Shown here piece after piece: positions 27,780 through 37,797 of a stretch of 62,862 nt of DNA. Source of the DNA: an uncultured Prevotella sp. (GTDB lineage Bacteria; Bacteroidota; Bacteroidia; Bacteroidales; Bacteroidaceae); NCBI GenBank assembly GCA_945830345.1, contig CALZYS010000001.1, forward strand, positions 1 through 62,862, read 5' to 3'. The first letter of the stretch is position 1, and each line of letters opens with the position of its first letter. A model generated the notes under the pieces. That model saw only the letters and a list, made by a program, of their open reading frames with translations. It had not been told where the DNA came from and ran no database searches. A program made the position numbers and the translations under genes.

Positions 27780-29132
27780 ATGAGAAAAATTCTTTCAACA
27801 CTTCTTGCATTGCTGACAATAACAGCAGGTGCAAAGGCAAGTCAAAATCCATTGGACAGCAACAATGCAATGCAACACGGAGAGACAGAACCCGCTCCAG
27901 TGAGCGAACGACCACGCATACTCATCACCACCGACATCGGAGGCACTGACCCCGACGATAACCAGTCGATGATGCACTATCTGTTATATAGCAACGAGTT
28001 TGACTGTGAGGGACTTATATCATCTCCGTCATTCGGCGAAGGAAACAAGAGCGAAATCCTGCGTATGATAGATATCTACGAGATGGACCTGCCAAAACTC
28101 AAACTCCACAACCAAGAGGCAAGAGTACCCCATGCCCTCTATCCCTCACCTGAATATCTACGCTCTATAACCAAGCAAGGACGCCATGGCAGAGTGCCGC
28201 TCGTTGGTTATTCCACACCAACCGAAGGCTCACAGTGGATAGTGAGATGTGCCAACAAGCAGACCTACAGACCATTATACGTCCTTGTATGGGGAGGACT
28301 TGACGACGTGGCACAGGCTCTGCACGACGCTCCAGAGATAGCCAAGAAGATACGTATATACTGGATTGGCGGCCCCAACAAGAAGTGGGGCATAAACGCC
28401 TATGCCTATATCATTGAGAACTTCCCCGACATCTGGATGATTGAAAACAATTCCACCTATCGCGGATTTATTGCCAAATACAAGAATCCCGACCAATGGA
28501 ACGGGGGATTCTATGAATATTACGTCAAGGGCAACGGCTATCTCGGTGCCGACTTCTACAACTATCTGCAGGGCAAACCGAAACTCGGCGACACACCTTC
28601 TCTTTTATATATGATGGACGGCGACCCTGCCAATCCTGAGAGAGAGTCATGGGGCGGCAGTTTCGAGAGATATTCCTATACTCCGCGCCATGTGTTCCAC
28701 CATACCACCACAGCTCAGGACACCGCACAGATTTACTCCATCATCGAATGGCACGTCAAGGGGCCTTCACCCAAGAACCTTAAGGTTGGCGATGAGTGCA
28801 TCACGCTCAGCATCGCCAATCAGAACTGGCAAGGCTACTACCTTGGCAATGGCAACTATGTGGTCAAATACAGCACGTATAAAACAGGCACTCAGCCCTA
28901 TACCATCACGTCAGACATCAAGGGATTCCCCCGCCAGCAAGGTTTTATAACTATCGACAACATCTTCCCCGGCAAGCATCGCGACACCGACTACAAGGTG
29001 GGCAGCCAATGGTGGTCGGACAAGACAGACCGATCGTTGTTCCATGACCGCAACCAAGGTGCCGCCACCATCTTCAAGTTCCGCAAGGCTATAATGGAGG
29101 ATTGGGGAAAGAGATGCTCATGGTTGCACTAA
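27780..29132 (+). CDS. DUF1593 (nucleoside hydrolase-like) secreted protein
   Basis: Signal peptide; TDIGGTDPDD.QS, LVWGG..D.AQAL and GDTPS motifs. Confidence 0.8.
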   Translation: MRKILSTLLALLTITAGAKASQNPLDSNNAMQHGETEPAPVSERPRILITTDIGGTDPDDNQSMMHYLLYSNEFDCEGLISSPSFGEGNKSEILRMIDIYEMDLPKLKLHNQEARVPHALYPSPEYLRSITKQGRHGRVPLVGYSTPTEGSQWIVRCANKQTYRPLYVLVWGGLDDVAQALHDAPEIAKKIRIYWIGGPNKKWGINAYAYIIENFPDIWMIENNSTYRGFIAKYKNPDQWNGGFYEYYVKGNGYLGADFYNYLQGKPKLGDTPSLLYMMDGDPANPERESWGGSFERYSYTPRHVFHHTTTAQDTAQIYSIIEWHVKGPSPKNLKVGDECITLSIANQNWQGYYLGNGNYVVKYSTYKTGTQPYTITSDIKGFPRQQGFITIDNIFPGKHRDTDYKVGSQWWSDKTDRSLFHDRNQGAATIFKFRKAIMEDWGKRCSWLH

Positions 29133-29361
29133 TAAGGGGTTTACCGAGGGCTATGCCATACAGGGAAGGCAGGCAGAAGTGTATTATCTGGCACATTACG
29201 AATCGGGATATGCCATGCCGCGGTGTATAATGCTGCCAAATATGGCAACATGTACCGGCAGACTATGGCCGAGTGGCTGGATCCACACTCCTGATGAAGT
29301 GGGGATATGCCGTCGTCGGCCTTGACGCTTTGGATGAGCGTATCGGTGAGTTTGTCTTTCT

Positions 29362-31839
29362 CTAAATAAACAGATTGACATTGGCACGTTCTGCCCGTTC
29401 CATATAGCTTGCTACACCTCCAATGGTGACATGGTCAAGTAGTTCTTCGCGTTTTATTCCCATCACGTCCATCGACATCTTGCAGGCGATGAATTCCACA
29501 CCGTTGTCGATAGCCTGCTGGCGAAGAGACTCAAGCGAGTCAACCCCCTTGTTGACCATCAGGTGGCGCATCATTTTGGCACCTATCCCCAGCATGTTCA
29601 TTTTTGATAGCGACAGCTTTGTGGAGTCGGATGGCAGCATCCAGGAGAACATGCGTCCCCATATATCCTTTGCAACAGCTGGCTTATGTGCCTTTTTGAT
29701 GGCGTTCAGTCCCCAGAAAGTAAAGAATATGCTCACCTTTTTGCCCGTAGCCGCAGCACCGTTGGCAAGTACAAAAGTGGCGAGGGTCTTGTCGAGGTCG
29801 TCGCTGAAGAGGATGAATGTCTTGCCCTGTTCGCCTGTTGCCTGTGGGGCAGCCTCTACACCGTTGGGAGTAGCCTTTTCTATCTCCACGATGTGTATGC
29901 CGCCTTCTGAGTGCTTGCTGACAAACTTGTTGCCGGTGGTACGGCACCATGCTTCGGCATCGCGAAGAAAACCTGCATCAGTAGCCTTTACCGTCAATCG
30001 TTGTCCCTCAGCAAGGCCATCCATCGCCTGTTTCATTTTCAGGATAGGGCCGGGACATTGTATGCCACAGGCATCGACCATTATCGTGGCTTGGTCATGA
30101 TGCTGTGAAGGAGTGCCATTGCAGGTGTTGTTGTTCAGGCATTTGTCTGCGAATCCCTCAGGTGTAGGTATCTTGGCAGTGGCAGCCTTATAGGTCTTGA
30201 GGCCGCCAATGAGATTACGCACCTCGCTGTATCCATTGCCCTTGAGGATGTTTGAGGCAAGATAGCCGCGCAATCCCACTCCGCAGAACAGCCATACGGG
30301 CCGGTCTGTAGGTATTTCGCCAAGGCGTTGCCTCATGTCGTCCAGCGGTATGTTGACAGCACCAGGAATGGTGCCCAGTGCGTATTCATCGGGAGTGCGC
30401 ACATCCACGAGTGTTATCTCATCTGTATTCGCTTGCTGCATTTCGCGCCAATACACGGGCTGCATCTTTCCGCTGAGGATATTGCAGGCCACATATCCCG
30501 AAATGGCCACAGGATCTTTGGCCGATGAGAATGGTGGGGCATAGGCATGTTCAAGGCGAGTGAGCTGCTCAACTGTTGCCCCTTTCTTGATGGCCAGCGC
30601 AAACTGGTCGATGCGCTTATCTACACCATCGTAGCCCACAATCTGCGCACCGTACAGTCTGCCGTCTGTGGGCGAGAATGTGATTTTGATGTCCATCTGC
30701 AAGCTGCCCGGATAATATCCTGCATGAGAACCATTGTGTATGGTTGCAGAGAGATAGGGAATGTCCATCTGCTTGAGGCGTTTGGCCGGCAGACCTGTGG
30801 TGGCCACTGTGATGTCGAACACTTTAGCGATGGATGTGCCTATCGAGCCTTCATATTTGATGCTGTTGCCAAGCACCATGTTGTCGGCCACGATGCGTGC
30901 CTGGCGGTTGGCAGGTCCTGCAAGGTAGTTGAGCCAAGGCTTGCCTGTGACGGGGTGAGGAAATTCGATGGCATCCCCTACGGCATAGATGTTGTTGTCG
31001 GATGTCTGTAGGTATTCATTCACCCAGATGCCACGCATGTCACCCAGCTTCAGCCCGGCATTCTGTGCCAGTGTTGTTTCCGCTTTCACGCCAATGCTCA
31101 GCAGCACCATGTCGGCTTTCAACCGGATGCCCGACTTGAAATGCACGGCAACTTCATCGCCTTCACGGGAGAAACTCTCTACTGCCTGCTCCAGATAGAG
31201 TTTGACACCTTTTTGCTGCAAATGCTCATGCACAAGTGCAGCCATCGAGTAGTCGATAGGTCCCATCACCTGTGGAGCCATCTCCACGACAGCCACCTCT
31301 GTGCCGGCATGTTGAAGATTTTCGGCCATCTCAAGACCGATGAACCCTCCTCCCACTATAACGGCTCTGTTCACCTTGTGATGGGTGATATATGTCTTGA
31401 TACGGTCAGTGTCGCTGACATTTCTAAGGGTAAATATCCCTTCGCTTTGTATGCCAGGCAGTGGCGGAACGACGGGCGTTGCGCCGGGCGAGAGCAGCAG
31501 CTTGTCATAGCCCTCGGTATAGCTTTTGCCGTCAGGGCTTTTTACTGTCACCTTTTTTGTAGCGGTGTCAATGAATGTCACTTCGCTTCTGGTGCGTATG
31601 TCGATGTTGAATCGTTTGCCAAAAGCCTCGGGTGTCTGCACAAAAAGCTTGTCACGCTCTTCTATCACGCCTCCGATGTAATAGGGAAGTCCACAGTTGG
31701 CATAAGAGATATGTTCTCCTTTTTCAAACAGAACAATCTCTGCATCTTCTGTCAGCCTCCTGATTCGGGCAGCGGCAGTAGCACCGCCGGCAACTCCACC
31801 TACTATCATGTATTTTTGTTTATTCTTGGTTGTGGTCAT
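29362..31839 (-). CDS. CoA-disulfide/persulfide reductase fused to rhodanese, TusA/SirA and DsrE domains
   Basis: GGVAGG, SYANCGLPY, GGGFIGLE, YAPPFS; DVR...CGVGLRG; DACGIQCPGP; FFTFWGL...ACKMSMD. Confidence 0.93.
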   Translation of the reverse strand: MTTTKNKQKYMIVGGVAGGATAAARIRRLTEDAEIVLFEKGEHISYANCGLPYYIGGVIEERDKLFVQTPEAFGKRFNIDIRTRSEVTFIDTATKKVTVKSPDGKSYTEGYDKLLLSPGATPVVPPLPGIQSEGIFTLRNVSDTDRIKTYITHHKVNRAVIVGGGFIGLEMAENLQHAGTEVAVVEMAPQVMGPIDYSMAALVHEHLQQKGVKLYLEQAVESFSREGDEVAVHFKSGIRLKADMVLLSIGVKAETTLAQNAGLKLGDMRGIWVNEYLQTSDNNIYAVGDAIEFPHPVTGKPWLNYLAGPANRQARIVADNMVLGNSIKYEGSIGTSIAKVFDITVATTGLPAKRLKQMDIPYLSATIHNGSHAGYYPGSLQMDIKITFSPTDGRLYGAQIVGYDGVDKRIDQFALAIKKGATVEQLTRLEHAYAPPFSSAKDPVAISGYVACNILSGKMQPVYWREMQQANTDEITLVDVRTPDEYALGTIPGAVNIPLDDMRQRLGEIPTDRPVWLFCGVGLRGYLASNILKGNGYSEVRNLIGGLKTYKAATAKIPTPEGFADKCLNNNTCNGTPSQHHDQATIMVDACGIQCPGPILKMKQAMDGLAEGQRLTVKATDAGFLRDAEAWCRTTGNKFVSKHSEGGIHIVEIEKATPNGVEAAPQATGEQGKTFILFSDDLDKTLATFVLANGAAATGKKVSIFFTFWGLNAIKKAHKPAVAKDIWGRMFSWMLPSDSTKLSLSKMNMLGIGAKMMRHLMVNKGVDSLESLRQQAIDNGVEFIACKMSMDVMGIKREELLDHVTIGGVASYMERAERANVNLFI

Positions 31840-31874
31840 ATCTTGTAGAATTATTTGTTTAACGGTATCTAAAT

Positions 31875-32265
31875 CAATACTACGACAATTTTTATATTTA
31901 AGTCGCTCAAAATCAGCAACTTATATTAAGAAATGCTTATATACTCTTAACTATAAAAAGTTGGCCAAGTCACTGATTTTCAGTAACTTTGCAAAGCACG
32001 ACAAATGCAAGTTGTATGAAAACAGGACTCGACCAATACATATTGGTCGTTTTTGGTCAGGTTGTGCACAGGCAGTAAAACATGGCCTTGAGATTATGGG
32101 AATAGGCCTGATTGACATTGATGCCAATACTTACATAGTAAGGCGAATTTTTAAAGCGTGTGGGTACAACCCTAACCGAACTTTAATTAGTAAGATTTTC
32201 AAAGATCTCTCGTGCTTGCAGCGCAAGACTGCTTAGCTATATATTGAATTTTTAACGAACTATTG
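31875..32265 (+). mobile_element. Miniature, internally deleted IS (DDE transposase, IS4/IS701-like)
   Basis: Imperfect TIRs caatactacg.../...cgaactattg; own -7 box near 31983; pieces MKTGLDQY + HIGRFWSGCAQAVKHGLEIMGIGLIDIDAN + RIFKACGYNPNRTLISKIFKDLSCLQRKTA*. Confidence 0.75.
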
Positions 32266-32457
32266 TTATATAAACCGTCATTTATATTTCTGTGGCAAAG
32301 GTACAAATAATTATTGTTTTCTCCAAATGATTTAATGATTATGCAAGTATTTATTCAAATAATTATCTTTTATTAACCATTTACATTTTTCGCATATCTT
32401 TGCAACTTATTACAATGTTGTTACGTCAAATAGGAAAAAATAACCAAATAATAGTTT

Positions 32458-34830
32458 ATGAAAAGAGTAACAACAACAATTATTATCTTGTTGGCAACAA
32501 TTTGCAAACTGAGTGCACAGAATCTTATTGGATTAGTGACGGATGAGAATGAACAGCCAATGGAGTTTGCCACAGTTTCGCTTCGCTCTCTTCCCGACTC
32601 GGCCATAGTGGCAGTATGCATAACCGACACAAAGGGACAGTTCTGTATCGAAAGAAAGAATGGGGGCGACTTCATACAAATCTCCTCCATAGGATATAGC
32701 ACGAAGAACCTGCCGGTTTCTTCATTCTCAACATCACAGACAATAAAAATGCAGATTGAAGCGGGATTGTTGAATGAAATCGTTGTCAGCAAGACACGTC
32801 CGAAGACAAAGCTCCTTGGCGATGCAGTGGTAACTACCATCGAAGGCTCGATACTCGAGCATGCGGGCAACTCGCTTGAGGTGCTTGCCAAAGTGCCTGG
32901 AATGATTTCCAAGAACGGGAGCCTGGAAGTGATAGGACGTGGCACACCTGTTTATTATATTAACGGAAGAAAGGTGAACGACGACTCCGAGCTCCGCAAC
33001 CTCATGTCGGAAGACATCAAGTCGATAGACGTAGTAAGCAATCCCGGTGCCGAATATGGTGGCGAGGTGAGATGTGTAGTGCGCATACGCACCATAAAGC
33101 GACAGGGCGACGGCTTCAGCTATGCACTTACGAGCCAGGCTCAGCAATACATTTACAACAACCATAGCTTCGACCCCTCGTGGTCGGTTCTCGACCTCAA
33201 CTACCGCACCGGAGGCTTGGATTTCATCGGGAAACTCGTTTACTACAATCAGCACAGCTATCAGGTGAGCGACAACGTAAGCAGTAATACATACATCAAG
33301 ATGCCTGATGGAAGCATCAAGCATAACCGGATGGAAGGTCCTTTCGCTTTTATTAGCCACAATAGCGGAATAAGCGGAGACCTGGGAGTGAACTGGCAGG
33401 TGAACGAGAATCATTCTCTTGGAATGAAGTTGAACTATGGTGCGATGCTGTTTGGCGATCAGAATGTCGTCTTTGAGGACGATGTATATACAAACAACGA
33501 GTTTGTTGACAATGTCCGCTCCGTCTCTAATACTACCACACCATCTTCTCACACCTTTACGGGCAATATCTACTACGACGGAAATATCAATAAGCTGAAC
33601 GTGAACTTCAACGCGGATTTCAGCGACTCAGGCTACAAAAAGGAAACCGGTGTGAATGAGAGCAGCCTCAACGATCCCGCCTCCATTAAGAATATTTCCG
33701 ATGGAGTGGCACGAATGGGTGCAGGAAAACTCGTGCTTTCCTATCCTGTATGGAAAGGACAATTAAAGATGGGAACCGAGGAGACATACGTAACCGCAAA
33801 GCAGGAATATGCCTCCACCAAGACGGAGATACCATCGTCGAAGGCAAAGATTGCGGAGAACACCATCTCTGGTTTTGCCGAATATGCATTACCTTTCAAA
33901 CACGTTCAGTTGGTGGCTGGCATAAGATACGAGCATGTAGATTTCGAATACACCAATGAATGTAGCCCGAAGGACAACATCAACAGGACTCACCACAACT
34001 GGTTTCCTTCGTTCAATGCCTCAACCAAACTCGGTCAGGTAGGTGTCAACCTTGGATATACCACAAAGATCAAGCGTCCACGATATGACCAGCTAAGTAC
34101 AGAGATTCAGTACAATAACCGCTTCATGTATCAGACGGGCGACCCGACGCTTCAGAACGAAATGCAGCACACCCTCTCGCTCAATGCCAACTGGCAATGG
34201 CTCACCCTTACAGGTGCATACGAGACAGTCGATAATGCCATCTATCAGCTCGGTTCTCCTTACGATGACGATTGTACTTCAATGATCAAGTATTCCAACG
34301 CAGAGGAGAAAGTGCACAAACTCAACATCTATCTCAATGCCTCACCAACAATTGGCATTTGGAATCCACGCTATACCGCAGGTATGGAGAAGCAGTACTT
34401 TAAGACAACTGTCATCGACCCACGTGAATCAAGCGGCTCACGCGTTGTAAAGCGCAACAACCCGTTGTTCTTCGTCCAGGCAAACAACGCATTCAAGTTG
34501 AAGCAGGGATGGCTGATAGACCTTGACTATCAATACACTTCACCCTATGACAATGTGATGTACAAGTTTTCCAAGCCTACCCACCGTCTTAACCTTGCAG
34601 TCAGCAAGTCGTTTCTCAAGCACGATGCGCTCAACGTCCGTCTTGCATGGAATGACATCCTGAACAAGAGCAAGGAACGCATAAGCACCGACTATGGCAC
34701 ATTCATCCACAGCCAGAACAATCAATACTATTCTCCATGCGTTCAGCTTCGCCTGTCATATCGTTTCAATACGGCAAACAGCAAGTATAAGGGAACGGGA
34801 GCAGGTCAGGATGCAAAGAACAGAATGTAA
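32458..34830 (+). CDS. TonB-dependent receptor-like outer-membrane beta-barrel protein
   Basis: Signal peptide; carboxypeptidase-regulatory-like N-domain, plug (VPG..YYINGR..NPGAEY), C-terminal LSYRFN...YKGTGAG. Confidence 0.85.
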   Translation: MKRVTTTIIILLATICKLSAQNLIGLVTDENEQPMEFATVSLRSLPDSAIVAVCITDTKGQFCIERKNGGDFIQISSIGYSTKNLPVSSFSTSQTIKMQIEAGLLNEIVVSKTRPKTKLLGDAVVTTIEGSILEHAGNSLEVLAKVPGMISKNGSLEVIGRGTPVYYINGRKVNDDSELRNLMSEDIKSIDVVSNPGAEYGGEVRCVVRIRTIKRQGDGFSYALTSQAQQYIYNNHSFDPSWSVLDLNYRTGGLDFIGKLVYYNQHSYQVSDNVSSNTYIKMPDGSIKHNRMEGPFAFISHNSGISGDLGVNWQVNENHSLGMKLNYGAMLFGDQNVVFEDDVYTNNEFVDNVRSVSNTTTPSSHTFTGNIYYDGNINKLNVNFNADFSDSGYKKETGVNESSLNDPASIKNISDGVARMGAGKLVLSYPVWKGQLKMGTEETYVTAKQEYASTKTEIPSSKAKIAENTISGFAEYALPFKHVQLVAGIRYEHVDFEYTNECSPKDNINRTHHNWFPSFNASTKLGQVGVNLGYTTKIKRPRYDQLSTEIQYNNRFMYQTGDPTLQNEMQHTLSLNANWQWLTLTGAYETVDNAIYQLGSPYDDDCTSMIKYSNAEEKVHKLNIYLNASPTIGIWNPRYTAGMEKQYFKTTVIDPRESSGSRVVKRNNPLFFVQANNAFKLKQGWLIDLDYQYTSPYDNVMYKFSKPTHRLNLAVSKSFLKHDALNVRLAWNDILNKSKERISTDYGTFIHSQNNQYYSPCVQLRLSYRFNTANSKYKGTGAGQDAKNRM

Positions 34831-34899
34831 TCTCCACGTATGGCAAATAATAAAAGTAACTCCCTCATAAAAATGTGACAACTTTTGGTAATATGGTGA

Positions 34900-35223
34900 T
34901 TATTATGTACTTTTGCAGCAATTGTAGCCATGGAAGTGAAATCGGAATGGTCAACGTCCCTCTGTATGCCATTAAAAGCTATTGGGATGGTAAGGAGCAT
35001 AGGACCATAGAGCGTACGGTTGACGAATACCCACTGGCCGCTCTCACACATGGCAAGAGGGTTGTTGTAGATGAGTTCCTTGTTCTTCAGCAGAGTGTTA
35101 TATACGGCTTCCAGGTCAAGCTTTACGAAGTTAGGGGTGGGTGTCTTGAATCTTGATTACCTTGCCTGCCACCATTTGCAGCGAGACAAGCAATGTCAAT
35201 AATGCAGTTGCAATTGTTTTCAT
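34900..35223 (-). pseudogene. Frameshifted, truncated gene for a secreted protein of unknown family
   Basis: MKTIATALLTLLVSLQMVAG signal peptide, early stop, coding-like continuation in another frame. Lower boundary approximate. Confidence 0.4.
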
Positions 35224-35417
35224 TTTTTTATAATACTATTATTTGGTGTTATACGAGGAACGGATTGGCTATTCTTCTTGACCTATTGTCCATATTAATC
35301 TAATTACGCAATTATCGTTACGAACTTTTAGTAATGCAAATATCTGAATAATTATCCGATTATGCAAGCATTGGGCATAAATATTATCTTTAATTAACCT
35401 TTAATATGAATCGCGAT

Positions 35418-35854
35418 GAATTTCGTCGATAACCCTACACCCTACACAAAATGAGCATAACTTACTAATATACAGTAGGTTATCCAAATGTAGGGTTGGC
35501 TCAACCCTACACTACCCTACACTCACCCTACACTAATGGCAATTCCTCTCGTATGTAAAAGCAAGGATAAATATCTCTGATGCCTCTGTCACGAGGATGA
35601 CAGGCGACTGCCATAGGGAGACAGAGCGCCTGTCATCACTTGACAGAGAGCGCAAGCATAGCTTAAGCCCATCTAAAGCATAGCTTTAGTTCAGATAAAG
35701 CATGGCTTTAGATTGTGTAAAGCTATACAGCAATGCATATCTTAAATGAATGTAGGGTTGTGTAGGGTTGAGCGAACCCTACACTAAGCGAACTTATTGA
35801 TTATAAATAAGATACGCCCTAAAAATGTAGGGTGAAGGGTTGACGGCAAAATTC
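35418..35854. mobile_element. Non-coding MITE-like element with ~108-bp imperfect terminal inverted repeats
   Basis: 35418-35525 aligns ungapped to the reverse complement of 35747-35854 (accctacac units); interior has 22-bp-period repeats. Confidence 0.75.
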
Positions 35855-35868
35855 TCCCGCACTCAGGA

Positions 35869-36219
35869 TTATAGATGCCACTGCTCCCTTGTCTTTCTCG
35901 GCAGTTTCTTCACCACAAGGTCATAACTATGGCGGATGAGCTTCTGAATAAGCTCGTCGGGCAAGAGGCCTTCGAGGTCAATTTGGTTCCAGTGCTTTTT
36001 GTTCATGTGCCATGCCCCGGTGATTTCGGGATGGCGGTCGCGCAGTTCGAGGGCATAGTCGGGATCGCACTTCAAGACGAACCACTGCGTGTCCTCGAGG
36101 TCGATCATTGCAAATATCTTGTCAACAACCCTAAAGGCAAGCGTTGTCTCATCAAAGGGAAAATACTCCGTTGCCGCGGGCAGCGACAGACAATAGTCAC
36201 GTATAGATTCTACATTCAT
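35869..36219 (-). CDS. MmcQ/YjbR family DNA-binding protein
   Basis: FPF, KIFA, LKCDP..A..LR, HMNKKHWN and SY.LVV..L motifs. Confidence 0.92.
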   Translation of the reverse strand: MNVESIRDYCLSLPAATEYFPFDETTLAFRVVDKIFAMIDLEDTQWFVLKCDPDYALELRDRHPEITGAWHMNKKHWNQIDLEGLLPDELIQKLIRHSYDLVVKKLPRKTREQWHL

Positions 36220-36355
36220 AATATCATTATTGATTTAATTTGGTGCAAAGGTAATGCAAATCGGAAGAAATACCAAACAACGAATGAATTATCTAACTAA
36301 ATAATTTATTTTTGGGCTAAATCTCAACTTTTTCATAAATATGCTTGAGTGTATC

Positions 36356-37480
36356 TCAATACTTCGTTTTCAGCCAATACGCGAACACTGGGTCCTGAAT
36401 TACAGTTGAGTCAGGAAGGATGTCTATCAAATCCTTGTCCTGAAGAGCTTTCCTCAGGTTCTTGATATTGGCTGAGGTGCCGAGATCGTATCTTGCCAAG
36501 ACTTCGCGCGACGAGAAGTTTTTCTCGCCATTCGCAACTGCCTGAAGAAAACTTATCTGCTTGGCAGTCAGGTTGTCGATGATATTGCTGAACAAGAGGC
36601 TAAGTTGGTTGACGAGCGAATCAAATGCCGACTTTACGATAGCCGTGTCGCAAGTCTCCATGGTGTGAAGCCATGTCAACTGAGCTAGTTGCTGTACGTA
36701 ATAAGGGTGACATTCCACCAGCTGGGCAATGAGCAACGCGTCATCATCAGAGATGTGCTTCCCTGTGTAATCGAATCTTCGTGTGATGTATCTCACCCAT
36801 TCCTCCTGACAGATTTTGTCCAAGAACATCATGTCGCCGAATTTATAGAACGGCATCTCATAGTTGCTGAAGATGTCGAGAAGCATGTGGCGCTTGCTTC
36901 CAAACATACAATACCCCACCCTGTTATGCATCTGCCAATGCGAGCGCAATTTACGTTGGAATCCCAAAGAATCGTCATACGAGTCGACATTCTGGAATTC
37001 ATCAATACAAACAATGAATTTCTTTCCCTTTTCCTCCGCTATCTTTTGCGGCAGGTCGAGAATATCGTCAAACGAATATTGCTTGTCTTTGAAGTCAATA
37101 CCAAACGCCAATTCATATTTCATACTGCTGTCGCTGAGAGATAGTTTAGGTCCGAAAGTGCCAACATATTTCTTTACAGCAATTATAAACTCATCCATCT
37201 TTGTGAAAGATGCTGAAAGTATGGCATTTACGTAGGTCTGATAAAACTGCCCCTCCGTGCGGCAGTTGAATATGTCAACCTTGCATATAAGGTAGTCCCT
37301 GTCGTGCTTGATATCCTCAAGCACATGGCAAACCAATGATGTCTTTCCCCATCTGCGCGGAGAGATTATTATAGTATTGACAAGTCCAAGAAGGTTGTTC
37401 TTCAACTTCTTGGAATCCTCCTCGCGGTCGGTGAAATTCATGCCGTCGGCAATTTTTCCATATACAAAAGGTATATCCAT
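36356..37480 (-). CDS. Archaeal-ATPase-like AAA protein with C-terminal winged helix
   Basis: PFVYG, FTDRE, SPRRWGKTS, IDEFQN, GSKRH, HPYYVQ and DPVF..WL motifs. Confidence 0.88.
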   Translation of the reverse strand: MDIPFVYGKIADGMNFTDREEDSKKLKNNLLGLVNTIIISPRRWGKTSLVCHVLEDIKHDRDYLICKVDIFNCRTEGQFYQTYVNAILSASFTKMDEFIIAVKKYVGTFGPKLSLSDSSMKYELAFGIDFKDKQYSFDDILDLPQKIAEEKGKKFIVCIDEFQNVDSYDDSLGFQRKLRSHWQMHNRVGYCMFGSKRHMLLDIFSNYEMPFYKFGDMMFLDKICQEEWVRYITRRFDYTGKHISDDDALLIAQLVECHPYYVQQLAQLTWLHTMETCDTAIVKSAFDSLVNQLSLLFSNIIDNLTAKQISFLQAVANGEKNFSSREVLARYDLGTSANIKNLRKALQDKDLIDILPDSTVIQDPVFAYWLKTKY

Positions 37481-37530
37481 AATGGTCTTATTTCAAATTA
37501 GACTGCAAATATAATCAAACGGTTTGAAAT

Positions 37531-37556
37531 AAATTCATTTCAAACCATCTTATTAC
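37531..37556. promoter_or_regulatory. Inverted repeat (putative operator) upstream of the AAA gene promoter
   Basis: ggtttgaaat-N6-atttcaaacc, perfect 10-bp arms, upstream of a minus-strand TATATTTG box. Confidence 0.55.
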
Positions 37557-37797
37557 ATCGATTTAAGTGGTTTTAACTGTATTCATATTCTTTCAGAGGA
37601 AAATTAAAAATTATTAAGATTTATATCTCGCTCAGTAGGAATGCCATATACATCGGCAATGTGCCTCAGTTAAAAAAATAGAAATAAATTATTCGCTGTT
37701 AAATATTATAATATAAATGTTATCCTGAAACAATCTTTTTACCTTATCTTTTTTTATACCCAAACCTTAGCAAATCACTATTCGCTATAAAACTATT

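Noticed and set aside
29135-29365. Coding-like spacer between the DUF1593 gene and the reductase
   Set aside because: Probably a frameshifted remnant, but I cannot assign a family or frame.
31808-32236. 142-aa ORF as a real gene
   Set aside because: It is a read-through across IS end sequence and fused transposase scraps.
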